Under the pieces are notes generated by a model that was given only the letters and a program-made list of their open reading frames with translations, ran no database searches and was not told the DNA's origin. This document shows positions 1 to 10,700 of a stretch of DNA of 64,000 nucleotides, piece by piece. The position numbers and the translations under genes are program-made. This DNA comes from a virus (Duplodnaviria; Caudoviricetes): positions 64,001-128,000 of IMG/VR virus record IMGVR_UViG_3300013936_000011. One strand, written 5' to 3'. How positions within the stretch are numbered: position 1 is the first letter of the stretch; each line of letters starts with the position of its first letter.

Positions 1-11
1 CTCCTCAATTT

Positions 12-3000
12 ATGGGTGGAGGAGATGTAACATTTGAAATAATGTTTACTACACAAGATTTATTAGTAGTATCATTAATGAATCAATTACCTGCTTATGC
101 ATTACAAACAACTAAAACATATCGTAGAGTAATGCCTTGTTTCCCAGTTAAAGCTAAAAATGATTATTTACAAATGCTAGGAATTAATGAGTGCTTGGTC
201 GAAAATGTTAACGTAACAACAGTAGACGGCTTCCCTGGAACTTATCAAATACAAATGAGATTCACATCTGTAGATAGAACATTAAGACAAAGAGAAGCTT
301 TACGTAAAATAAATACTGATGGATTTACTAGTGATATAGCATCTACTAATATAAAAGATTATTTTTCATTAGAAGAAGCTCTAGCACAATCTGAATTATA
401 TCCTGACTTAGATTTACCTAGTCTTGCTGAATTAGAGAAACTAGGTTGGAGCTATTTAAAATATGCTAATGAGAATAGAGCATATGTCGATCCTGATTTC
501 TATATTATATATTCTTATCAATACAGCGCTCAGATGACTAAAGAGATAGTTAAAACATATTTGTATGACAAATATTATGTAGCAGCTGAAAAGGATAAGG
601 AAGATGGTACAGAAACAAAAACAGTTGGACAATGTTCTGCCAGTGATTCTGTATTACATATGGAAGACGATAGTGGTCTTGTTTTAGCAACTAAGCTTAA
701 TAAGATAATGGGACTTGATGTATGCGATAATAGTCAAAACTCTGTATCTAAATATGCGCAAGAATTAATGAGTCAGCTCAATGTAGCAGGTGAACAAGAA
801 ACTTTATTTAGAAAAGGTAGTATGTTTGCATCTGATAATTTCGATGACTTAATGGAATTAGGCACAACTTTATCTTGCTTAACAGCTTATGGTATAGAAA
901 ATGGATGGCAAATAAAAGAAGGTTGGTTTGCTACATTGTCTCAAACTTATGTTAATGATTTAGTTGAAAGATTAAAAGTATCAGGCATCAACAAAGCTAA
1001 CAGTAAAAAAGAAGATAAAGAAGCAAAATGGGTAAACGAAATATACACAAAGAGAAGAAATGCTATCCTTGCTATAAATGAAATACTATATTCTCCAATG
1101 GAATTAGAAGGCGGAAATAGATATGCTGATTTATCATGTGTTGCTGATGCTTTCTGTAAAGTATTCGATACTGATGCTGGTATAAGACTATTAAATATTT
1201 TAGACCCTATGGGCAATTATTCAAAAGGCGGATTAAAGAAACTTGCTACTACTGGTGGTGAAAGTGGTGGAGCATCTAGCGGTCACTTTAGTGAAAAAGA
1301 TGGCTACTATTATGGAGACTCTTCTTATACTACTGACAATGCTGGTGAAAAATTTGATGAAGAAGTATGGGCTGAAGGTAACTTGCCATTATACTTACAA
1401 GGATATATTTACGCAGCAGGTTGTTGTCGTACTGGTCAACAATATAATAAGAGCAATAACGACTGGGCTCCACAACAATTTATTAATGGCGATACTAATA
1501 AACCTAATATAAGATATAAAGATAACAAAGTAGTTAAAGCATACGACGAAAATGATAAAGACATAAAGAAGATAGCTAAAGATAAGAACTTAGGCATGGA
1601 AGATGCTTATTGGTATTATGTAGCTACTGTTGGAGATTTCTTTGGTGCTTGGGGAATAGGTAAATATAATATCAAAAGAATACAAGATATGATGTGTCCT
1701 AAAAGCCAAGTTAATTATAAATGTAAAGAAATGTACGATTTAAGTAAAGATCCTAAATGGTGCGAAAAAGGATTCCTTGATCCATATTATAACTACCAAG
1801 GTTACAGAAGTAAAAAAGGTCGTGACTATATAAAAGCTATATCTACTAATGCATGCGATAACTGTGTAGCTTTCATACGTGTAGTATTACAAAAGCTAAA
1901 AGAAATGCTAATAGATGGTTATTTTATAAGTGAAGTAGATGTTATAGCTGGAAACTATGATCAAGTAAAAAAAGAATGGGACGAATATATTGATCAATGG
2001 GATAGTTCCTTAAACTATAATAGTGGTGATCAAGACCACGGCGGAAGTGGCAAAAAGCTACAAGAAGAGGCACTTAATGATGCAATAGAAAAGAAATACG
2101 GTATGTCTAAAGAAGATATGGATGCATTAATAGAAGACGATATACCAACTAGTTATTCTCAAATATTTAGTGCTAGAATGATTTATCCTGTAATGTTAAT
2201 GGCAATAGACTGTAATGCTAAAATAGCTAAGTTAGTAACAAAGAGAAATTATGATGAATTAAATAATATGACTCTTGGTACTTCTGTAGGTACTGCTGAC
2301 TGTACTCCTATGAATAAATTCTTACAAGCATTAGCTGGAATTAAGATGTTAGGAACAACTATGGAAACAGATACAGATGCCATAACATCAAATGCACAAA
2401 AGATATTTAATACTTTAATGCAAGAAATAGCTGAAAACTTCTCTAACGATCCTAGAAGATATGTACTTCATAGTTTCTATGATATGCTTACTACTGATAA
2501 GAGAGGTAGATTAGTAAGGGCTTTCCCTACATTTTATATTATATTTGTAGATGAAGGTAGACGTATAGGTACATGGAAATTATACGATAACTTCTACAAC
2601 ATGTCAGCTATAAGCAATATAGATATTGTTAAATCTAGAAAAGTACCAGCAGATACATGCACATTTACTATGAGTAACTTATATACTTCATATGCTTCTA
2701 CATACGATAATACAGTGTATCAACAATACGTAGATGTATATGGTGTTAAAGATTACTTTAATAGCATATTCTCTCCTCGTGCTTATTTAAATACAGAAGA
2801 GATGATACGTGGACGTAAACAATTAACAGATACTACAGTATTAAGTGCAGGTGTTAGAATACATGTAAGAATGGGTTATGGTTCTGATGGTTCTAAATTG
2901 CCTATAGTATTTAATGGTAAAATAGCCGAAGTTAACTGCGGTGAAACTATCGATGTAGTATGTCAAGGTGATGGTCATGAATTAATGAATCCATTAAATG

Positions 3001-5462
3001 CATTTGGTGAACTTGAAGCTAAGTCTCTCGAAGAAGCACAAAGCTGGGTTACAATATGTAAAGATATCCGTGGAGCAATAGCTCGTGGTGGCGAAACTCC
3101 TAAGAACTTAGTTGCAAAACTAATGACTGCTAAATACGGTGGCGTAGTTAAAACAGCTATCAGAAAAATGTTTAATAACAGATTCTTCTCTGAAAACCCA
3201 TTTGGTATATATCATTTCGGAGATAGAAGATTTAAAGATATATTTGCAGATAGTGAAATAGTTCAAAACTTATATGAAGTATCAGATGAAGCTATATTAT
3301 CAGGCGTAACAGCTTTGGTCCCTGATAAGTCAGAAAGTAATTCGACTCCTACAATCAACTGTTCAATACAAGATAAATCAATGTGGGAAATAGTTAATCT
3401 ATGCGCTCATGCAGGTGATGATTATTTTGCAGCAATCAGAGACTTTGGTATGAGAAGTACATTATGTATGATGAAAGGTAATCATTATTATGCATATGCT
3501 TATAAGAAAGTAAACAGTGTGATTTATGAAAGACGCAAGCCTTTCCAACAATATCATTATTTCGATTCTTATAACGATATAATCTATAATAGCATCGAAG
3601 CTACAGAAACTAATATGAAAACTAATGCTGTAGGTACATGGCAAGCAACAGACTTTATCTGGGGACATGAACAAGCTACAGTAGGTCCTGTATATCTAGA
3701 CATGAATATATATCCTGAATATCAAAAATCTATGACAGTAGATACTGGTCTTATAGCTAGTGGTAACGGCGGTATCGATATACCACTTATAACTGGTTTA
3801 TCAGAAAGATGGTCAACTGATGCTGATGATGATAAAGTTAACAAGCAATTAGCGAGAAAGATAACTACTAACGTACTTAGAGAATCTGTAAAGGATATGT
3901 ATGATGGACAATTATGTGTAATAGGAGATCCTTCAGTTAAACCATATGATAGATTTGATATCGTAGATACATATGAAGATATGTCTGGACAAATGGAAGT
4001 AGAAACAGTTGTATTTAGTATGAACAGTGAAACAGGTTTTACTACTACAATAACTCCTGATTTAATAGTTCGTGCAGTAGACTGTACTCAAGAAACAAGT
4101 TATCAAAATGTAACTGGACATTTCTTAGCTACTGAAGGTATAGCTGTTACAGCTAGATTAGGTATGGCTAAATTAATTGAATCTAGTGCTACAGCAACTT
4201 TAACTTCTTCAATAATGTCATCTGCTAAATTAAGCTCTTTAGTAGAAAGCTTAGGTGGAGCGGAAGCTTGGGCAAGTCTTAATCAATTAATAACTTCTAC
4301 TACGGTTGGAACTGAAACTGCGGGTGTAGCTGCTGTATTATTAAATCCTGTAACATTAATCGAAACAGTTGTTGCTGGTGCTTGTATATTTATAATTGCA
4401 AAGAATATTCAAGCTGCTTTATTTAACTGGTTAAGAAACGTTCAGGCCTTAACTGTTTATCCTATAAATAAATATCAAAGACAATTAATAGCTGGTATGG
4501 CAGGTCATCGTGGTTCTGTAATGGGTTACCCTTATAAACAATCAAAAGATTCTATACAAGCTATGATAATGGCAGGTTATGAAAAGATAACTGATGTGCC
4601 TATAGTTGGTTCATTAACTAAATCTTTCTGTAAAGGCTCAAATGTAGATAGCGTATTTGAACATTGGAGAGAATCTTTAGGTATAGCTCAAATGTCTAAC
4701 GATACTAATTTATCTATAGAAAATCTATATCAAGAAATATGTGGTTATGCTTCAAAAGAGTATTCATCTAATGGAGCTGAAATACAAGCCCTTAAATTCA
4801 AAGATAGATTGTTGAGTTTTGATACTAAAGGCAAAACAGATCAAACATTCTTACTTTATCAAATAGGTGGTATCGATGATCCAGATAAAAAAGAATACGA
4901 AAGTTTACCTCCTGATGAAAAGAAAAAAGTAACAATAAAAGAATTGCCTACAAATAAGAGAGTTTTAGCATTAACTCCTATAGAAGATGATGATGAAATT
5001 AAGCTTGCTAAAAGTGGTGGACATTCTGTTATCAAAAACTTTAAGATAGCTCATGCAACTAGTGCCTTAGAAGTAGGTATGAAATTTGAAGGTGGAGATA
5101 GAGTTATTAAATATATCACAGATAATGAAGGTAAAGTTTTCGACTTACCTATGATACAAACAGATGCTATATATGTAATAAAAGTAATAATGCAAGATGA
5201 AGCTCTACAAGGAGCAGAACTTACTTTTAATAGTGGTACTAGAGTTAATGATTCACGTTCATGGAAAAGTACAGGATTTGCATTCGTACTTGACTGCGAT
5301 AACAAGGATTCATTAATAACAGCAATTAAGAACGCTAGAAAACAAACAGATTGCGAAACATTAGGACCAAATAGTAAAAAAATAAAACGTCATGTATTTT
5401 CTTATCAAGACACTGATAATGGTGTTGCAATAACAGTATATCCAGGAAAGTCAGGTGAATAA
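12..5462 (+). CDS. Giant baseplate hub-like virion protein (5'-truncated; frame open from position 3)
   Basis: Central region (DTCTFTMSN...IHVRMGYG...IVFNGKIAEV...VVCQGDGHEL, later GQLCVIGDPSVKPYD...MEVETVVFSM...GFTTTITP) resembles the gp27/gp44/XkdQ hub fold; directly precedes spike, gp25 and J genes. No stop or SD before 12, so the true start is probably upstream of the window. Confidence 0.65.
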   Translation: MGGGDVTFEIMFTTQDLLVVSLMNQLPAYALQTTKTYRRVMPCFPVKAKNDYLQMLGINECLVENVNVTTVDGFPGTYQIQMRFTSVDRTLRQREALRKINTDGFTSDIASTNIKDYFSLEEALAQSELYPDLDLPSLAELEKLGWSYLKYANENRAYVDPDFYIIYSYQYSAQMTKEIVKTYLYDKYYVAAEKDKEDGTETKTVGQCSASDSVLHMEDDSGLVLATKLNKIMGLDVCDNSQNSVSKYAQELMSQLNVAGEQETLFRKGSMFASDNFDDLMELGTTLSCLTAYGIENGWQIKEGWFATLSQTYVNDLVERLKVSGINKANSKKEDKEAKWVNEIYTKRRNAILAINEILYSPMELEGGNRYADLSCVADAFCKVFDTDAGIRLLNILDPMGNYSKGGLKKLATTGGESGGASSGHFSEKDGYYYGDSSYTTDNAGEKFDEEVWAEGNLPLYLQGYIYAAGCCRTGQQYNKSNNDWAPQQFINGDTNKPNIRYKDNKVVKAYDENDKDIKKIAKDKNLGMEDAYWYYVATVGDFFGAWGIGKYNIKRIQDMMCPKSQVNYKCKEMYDLSKDPKWCEKGFLDPYYNYQGYRSKKGRDYIKAISTNACDNCVAFIRVVLQKLKEMLIDGYFISEVDVIAGNYDQVKKEWDEYIDQWDSSLNYNSGDQDHGGSGKKLQEEALNDAIEKKYGMSKEDMDALIEDDIPTSYSQIFSARMIYPVMLMAIDCNAKIAKLVTKRNYDELNNMTLGTSVGTADCTPMNKFLQALAGIKMLGTTMETDTDAITSNAQKIFNTLMQEIAENFSNDPRRYVLHSFYDMLTTDKRGRLVRAFPTFYIIFVDEGRRIGTWKLYDNFYNMSAISNIDIVKSRKVPADTCTFTMSNLYTSYASTYDNTVYQQYVDVYGVKDYFNSIFSPRAYLNTEEMIRGRKQLTDTTVLSAGVRIHVRMGYGSDGSKLPIVFNGKIAEVNCGETIDVVCQGDGHELMNPLNAFGELEAKSLEEAQSWVTICKDIRGAIARGGETPKNLVAKLMTAKYGGVVKTAIRKMFNNRFFSENPFGIYHFGDRRFKDIFADSEIVQNLYEVSDEAILSGVTALVPDKSESNSTPTINCSIQDKSMWEIVNLCAHAGDDYFAAIRDFGMRSTLCMMKGNHYYAYAYKKVNSVIYERRKPFQQYHYFDSYNDIIYNSIEATETNMKTNAVGTWQATDFIWGHEQATVGPVYLDMNIYPEYQKSMTVDTGLIASGNGGIDIPLITGLSERWSTDADDDKVNKQLARKITTNVLRESVKDMYDGQLCVIGDPSVKPYDRFDIVDTYEDMSGQMEVETVVFSMNSETGFTTTITPDLIVRAVDCTQETSYQNVTGHFLATEGIAVTARLGMAKLIESSATATLTSSIMSSAKLSSLVESLGGAEAWASLNQLITSTTVGTETAGVAAVLLNPVTLIETVVAGACIFIIAKNIQAALFNWLRNVQALTVYPINKYQRQLIAGMAGHRGSVMGYPYKQSKDSIQAMIMAGYEKITDVPIVGSLTKSFCKGSNVDSVFEHWRESLGIAQMSNDTNLSIENLYQEICGYASKEYSSNGAEIQALKFKDRLLSFDTKGKTDQTFLLYQIGGIDDPDKKEYESLPPDEKKKVTIKELPTNKRVLALTPIEDDDEIKLAKSGGHSVIKNFKIAHATSALEVGMKFEGGDRVIKYITDNEGKVFDLPMIQTDAIYVIKVIMQDEALQGAELTFNSGTRVNDSRSWKSTGFAFVLDCDNKDSLITAIKNARKQTDCETLGPNSKKIKRHVFSYQDTDNGVAITVYPGKSGE

Positions 5463-5463
5463 T

Positions 5464-5820
5464 ATGTCAAGTTTAAAAAACACAATACGTTCTAACGTAG
5501 TTAATAGAAGCGATAAATATAATATATCTCAACAAAAGATAGCTAAAGTAATTGAGATATCAAATTCAAATTGTTACACCGTCTCTGTTATAAACAGGGA
5601 CGGTGCTAACACAGTAGAATATAATGTTGCCATAAGAAAAGATAATAATGATAAAGGATTAGTTAGTTGGGAACCAGCTGTTGGTGATCTAGTTAATATA
5701 GCTGAAGACGGTAGACGTTTTGTTATAACTGGAAGATATGATAGCTCAGTTAATAATAGCACTAATTATGATTATTACAGCAACAGTATAAATAGTACAT
5801 TAGGTGGATTTCTACAATAG
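5464..5820 (+). CDS. Baseplate spike OB-fold-like protein (gpV/gp45 N-terminal type)
   Basis: AKVIEI...YTVSV...WEPAVGDLVNI...FVITG matches the PxxGDxV OB-fold signature; located after the hub. Start moved from GTG 5455 to ATG 5464 because AGGTG at 5453-5457 is the SD. Confidence 0.6.
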   Translation: MSSLKNTIRSNVVNRSDKYNISQQKIAKVIEISNSNCYTVSVINRDGANTVEYNVAIRKDNNDKGLVSWEPAVGDLVNIAEDGRRFVITGRYDSSVNNSTNYDYYSNSINSTLGGFLQ

Positions 5821-5836
5821 ATAAGGAGTGATGTAT

Positions 5837-6379
5837 ATGAGTTTAGAAGATAGCAAAGATAATTTATTTACTAAGGCCGTTGCACAATCAGAGAAAGCTG
5901 ATACTAATACATCTAAAGGTATTATAAATAAGAATTCTGGTTCATCCATGGTTTATGATAAAGAAGGTAATGTTAACTTATCATCTGGTAATTATACGCA
6001 ATATAAACATAATGCTAAAGCAGGTTCTGCTACAGAAATAAGTTTACACTCTAATACAATAACTGTACAAAAAGATATTGTAACTAGTGACTTGTGCGTA
6101 AACTATCATAAGCTTAATTCTCAATTATATGAGTTAACTAATATGAAAGAAGTTATGAATACTTCAATAGGGAACTTAACTATGATGGGTACAGTACTTG
6201 TTAAAGTTTGGGAGCCAACATTACAGAAGTGGGTTCTTATAAGACGTCAAGTTCGTGTACCAGTATTTAGTAATATACTAGATCCTTATGCTGTAGATAA
6301 AAATATAGATTTAGATCTAGATGATGCTTATGACAATATAGCTGATTATAAAATATCTAAAGATAATTCAAGAAAATAG
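5837..6379 (+). CDS. Putative spike-associated protein (beta-helix-like part)
   Basis: GIINKNSGSSMVYDKEGNVNLSSG resembles gp5/gpV beta-helix turns; between the OB-fold gene and gp25-like gene. SD AAGGAG 5823-5828 favours ATG 5837. Confidence 0.4.
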   Translation: MSLEDSKDNLFTKAVAQSEKADTNTSKGIINKNSGSSMVYDKEGNVNLSSGNYTQYKHNAKAGSATEISLHSNTITVQKDIVTSDLCVNYHKLNSQLYELTNMKEVMNTSIGNLTMMGTVLVKVWEPTLQKWVLIRRQVRVPVFSNILDPYAVDKNIDLDLDDAYDNIADYKISKDNSRK

Positions 6380-6389
6380 GTGATACAGT

Positions 6390-6926
6390 ATGATAGATTT
6401 TCAATTAAATAAAAATGGAGATTTGTTGTTTGAAGAATCACAGGTCTTAAATAATAGTTTTGAATTAAACTTCTTTGTATCTAAAAGTGATACATTAGCT
6501 ATAAATTTTTATACTGAAAATCTATCTTCGTTCTCATATTTAGAGAATCATAAAGAAGATAGAATATTGAATCCTGGTATATGTTTAAATTTATATATCA
6601 AGAAAACAGAAAATAATAAAGAAGTTGTAATAGCTAAAGATGAAGATTATATTGAACAACAGATAAAAATAAGACTTCAAACTGCATTAGGCACGCTGTT
6701 AAACAATGAAGACATAGGATCTGATTTAGATTTATATAAACATAATATAATTGCGGATAATGATAATTTTAGTATTATTAGAGAAAGTGCTAAAAGAGCT
6801 ATAAGCGATATTTTACCAAATGCAGAAATTGATGTTCAAAAAATAGAAACTATCTACTTAGATTATAGTAATAGTTTAATGATAACAATCAAAAACGATG
6901 ATTATAATTACTATTATTATGTATAG
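6390..6926 (+). CDS. Baseplate wedge protein, gp25/GPW-like (sheath initiator)
   Basis: EDYIEQQIKIRLQTALGTL...DIGSDL...IIRESAKRAISDI is the gp25/XkdS pattern; immediately precedes a J-like gene; SD AGGTG. Confidence 0.75.
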   Translation: MIDFQLNKNGDLLFEESQVLNNSFELNFFVSKSDTLAINFYTENLSSFSYLENHKEDRILNPGICLNLYIKKTENNKEVVIAKDEDYIEQQIKIRLQTALGTLLNNEDIGSDLDLYKHNIIADNDNFSIIRESAKRAISDILPNAEIDVQKIETIYLDYSNSLMITIKNDDYNYYYYV

Positions 6927-7739
6927 GTGGTGATTAAAATTAAAACATTATTAGAAATATATAAAGAATTGAAAGAAACTTTCTACCAAAAAACCAATAT
7001 AGATATTGGAAGAGGAACTGTAATTGATATGTTCTTTTCTGCAATAGCAGATCAATTTTCTACAATATATCAAACCATAGAAGATAATAAAAAGCCATAT
7101 TTATTTACAGAACAAACTGGTGATGAATTAGACAGTACTGGTTATTTTGTTTCTTTGCCTAGGATAGATGGCGAGAGTGACGAGAATTATAAATATAGAT
7201 TAATGAACTGGAATTTAAGACATGCGTCATGTAACTCTACAGCTATAAATGATAAATGCAAAGAATTAGAATTCTCTACAGCTGCTAATTATGTTCAATA
7301 TACTAAAGGAGTAGGTACAGCTACTATTTATTTGACTCCTTTATCTTACGATGAAGATGATATTAGATTAGCTATAGACGAAGCTACTGATAAAGTATCT
7401 ACTGTTATTAATCCATCATCAAGAGTCGAATTTAGAGTTCCTACTCCTGTTGATGTAAAATTTGTTGCTTATTTAAAAATTAAAACTGATGGAGATCAAT
7501 ATATTATTAAACAAGAAGTAAGTGACAAAGTAAAAGATTATGTAAATAGCATTGCTCCAGGCGATTATCTAGAACTTGGAGACATTAACGAAATAGGATT
7601 AGCAGTAGATGGTGTTGAATATTTCAATATAGTTCAAGTATATTTAGATGACGAAGAATCTACTGATTTTGAAATCTTACAAACAATTAAAGCAAGATTT
7701 GTATATAATCAAATAATATGGTGGGATGTTGAATCTTAG
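6927..7739 (+). CDS. Baseplate J-like protein (compact); start possibly ATT at 6939
   Basis: KTxxEIY N-terminus, TGDELD..G....LPR..GESDENYKYR, GVGTATIY, VKDYVNSIAPGD..., GVE motifs typical of baseplate J/gp47/XkdT. Confidence 0.85.
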   Translation: MVIKIKTLLEIYKELKETFYQKTNIDIGRGTVIDMFFSAIADQFSTIYQTIEDNKKPYLFTEQTGDELDSTGYFVSLPRIDGESDENYKYRLMNWNLRHASCNSTAINDKCKELEFSTAANYVQYTKGVGTATIYLTPLSYDEDDIRLAIDEATDKVSTVINPSSRVEFRVPTPVDVKFVAYLKIKTDGDQYIIKQEVSDKVKDYVNSIAPGDYLELGDINEIGLAVDGVEYFNIVQVYLDDEESTDFEILQTIKARFVYNQIIWWDVES

Positions 7740-7756
7740 AAGGGTAAGGTGATAGA

Positions 7757-10700
7757 ATGTTTGATTACGAAAAAATGATTAAACGTGCAATTAACTTTTT
7801 CCCTACATGGTCAGATATAAGAAAAAGACATTCTAAATCTACAGGTGGTAAATTACTAAGTACAGTAACAGAACAATCTTTAGATATAGAAAAAGCTATC
7901 CAAGAATATATTGATTCTTATTTTTTAGATAGAATAGAAGGTCACAACATTGTGGCCTTTTCTTATATGGCTACTATAGGGATTATGCAAGATACTGATA
8001 ATGTAAAAGTTGTATATAATAATACAAATTATAAGTTAACATTAGATGTTGATGAGTTTCTAAATGCTACTGATAACTATTTATCTTATTATGAAAATGG
8101 TAAGATATATATCAGAGAAGAAGTGTATAACGGAAATAATACTATAACAATATATGTTGATAATGATTGTCTTGATTATGAATTAACTAGAATTCATGTT
8201 TGGAATATATATGATGAGTTCGCATGCTTTATAGGAATGGAAAGACATGAAGGTGAATCTAACGAAGATTTATATAAACGTATGATTTACTTTAATGAGA
8301 ATAAACCTAATGCATCTGAATCAGGATTAAAGAATGCTATAATGTCTGAACTATTAATAGATTGTCCAGATCTTAAAAGAGAAGACATAAAAATAGAACC
8401 TGTCGATGCTGTAAACTTACGAAAAGCATATAAAGGTTACAGCGAATTACTTGATTTATTAAATGAAATGAACAGAGATGTTTATAGATGGAAAAGATGG
8501 GATCTTGATGAATGGCAATATGATTTTAAAAGCATAGAGTATTTACCTTATAAATGGGACGAAGCATTAACTAAGTGGCAAAATGGCATAGGCTATGGAG
8601 ATGACTTAAAAGTTATTTTATCTAATAATGTCAATAAAACCAATGCCGACATAACTCTTTATTCTAAAGATAAAGAAACGTTAAATGCTTATATAAGAAA
8701 CAAAGAGATATATAAGAACGTTAAATTAACATTCCAGAAATATAATCAAAAGTTAAATAGCGTAAATGTTAAGTATCGCTTAAAAGCAGCTCCTATGAAA
8801 ATAATAGATCCAGGTGCTATAAATCTTAGTATATATAGTTCTAATGAAGTAACAGAGACTTTAAAATTACAAGATGTATATAAATTCGGTACAGATATAA
8901 CAAGAACGGATGGTTCTAAAATAACTGATGCTTACAGATACAGATTACAATTTGTTCCTAAGAATAATAATTATAACATAGAAATATACAGAGCTACTGT
9001 AGCATACAGACACAAAACAACTAAAGCTATATTAAAGACAGAATCATTATTAAAGAATGCCAACGGATTTGTATTAAATTCTTCTGGTACATTAGCATCT
9101 ACATCTATAAGCAAAACAATAAATAATATAAATAATATGGTTACTTCTAACTATTTGACTAATGTAGACAAAGGCGGATTTACTATAAGAAATGGTTACA
9201 CAAATGGTTCTGGAACTATTAATATAAATGGTTATGGAAATCAAACAATAACTTTTACATCTAATTGTGAAATGAGCGACTTAGCTCATTCTGATATAGT
9301 AACTAAAGGTTGCTTATGGAGAGATAATGATTTAATACTTAGAACTGACTATGATGGCTATAAAGAAATAACAATAGATATAGAAGCTAACAAGTTCTCG
9401 TTTACTTTAAATACAGACACTACTTTAGATTTTTATATGTTTGATTATGAAGATAATAAATATATACCACACAGTATATCTGGAGCAGGCAGTGTATTTG
9501 AAACAGAAGAAACATTGACTCCTCGAAAAATTAAGATGTTCTTAAAATTAAAGAATATGATAGAAGTATCTCTTGGCAACTTTAAATATAATAATTATAC
9601 AATTAAGTTGTCTGCAGCAAATGGAGCTCTTGTGGCTGTTGAAAATAATGACAGAACTTTCATATTACCTGATTATATACAAAATAAATTGTTTATAGAA
9701 ATGAAAACTGAAAGCTCACATGCTCCTGTAATCAATTCCATAGCTATAGGAAGCGACGTACTTAATAATTACTATACTACAGATGTAATAACATATTTAA
9801 ATAACTACGATAGAATATTAGATATAGATTGCAACTGTGATTGTACGCTTATTAAATATGATGCTAATGATATAGAAATAGAACGAATAGATAATTATGT
9901 TTCTTCTTCTTATTATAAAGCTACAAGCAACGATTCTTATATTAGATTAAATCTAGATGATTGGGATGAAGTATATTCAGTAATAAGCGAAACTGGTTCA
10001 ATTGATTTAATAGAAGAAAGCGGACAATACTTCTACAACTTATTATTATCTAACGGAGAAATAGCTACTGCAGTTACTATAAATGGTATTAAGCATGTTG
10101 ACCCTGTAGTCGTTTCTTTACACGATATATTAAAGAGCCAATTCGAAGGATATGACATAACTAAGAATAGAGTATATTGTAGTAAATTAGCTGATGGGTT
10201 AATAATAAGTACTGGTAATACAACATCAGACTTTGAGATATTTAAAATAAACAGCGATTACTTTAAAAGAAAGAATGCAGTTAAATATGTATTTGAAGAT
10301 ATACCATCAGACATAAATGTAATATGGGGTACAGATGATATACTAGTTGACGGCTTCTCTAATACTCATGACTTTGATTATATATCTTTCTATCCTGTAA
10401 ACTCTGTCATATCTACAGCTATAAACGAATATAATTTATTCTTAAATGAGATGAAAGAAATACCTGTTGTTAATAATTTCTCTCCTCTAATCGATACTAC
10501 TTCATTAAACTTCTATACTGTAGAGCCTTATGTAGGTTCTGACCCTATAGATATTAGATTTTATCCATTTGATAAACAGAGAGAATTTGATGAACTTAAG
10601 AACTGGTCTGTAGGTATTAAAGAGTTATATATCAAATATGACGCTGATTTATTTAATATAGAAGCATATGAAATACAAGAAACAGTTATTATAAATAGAA

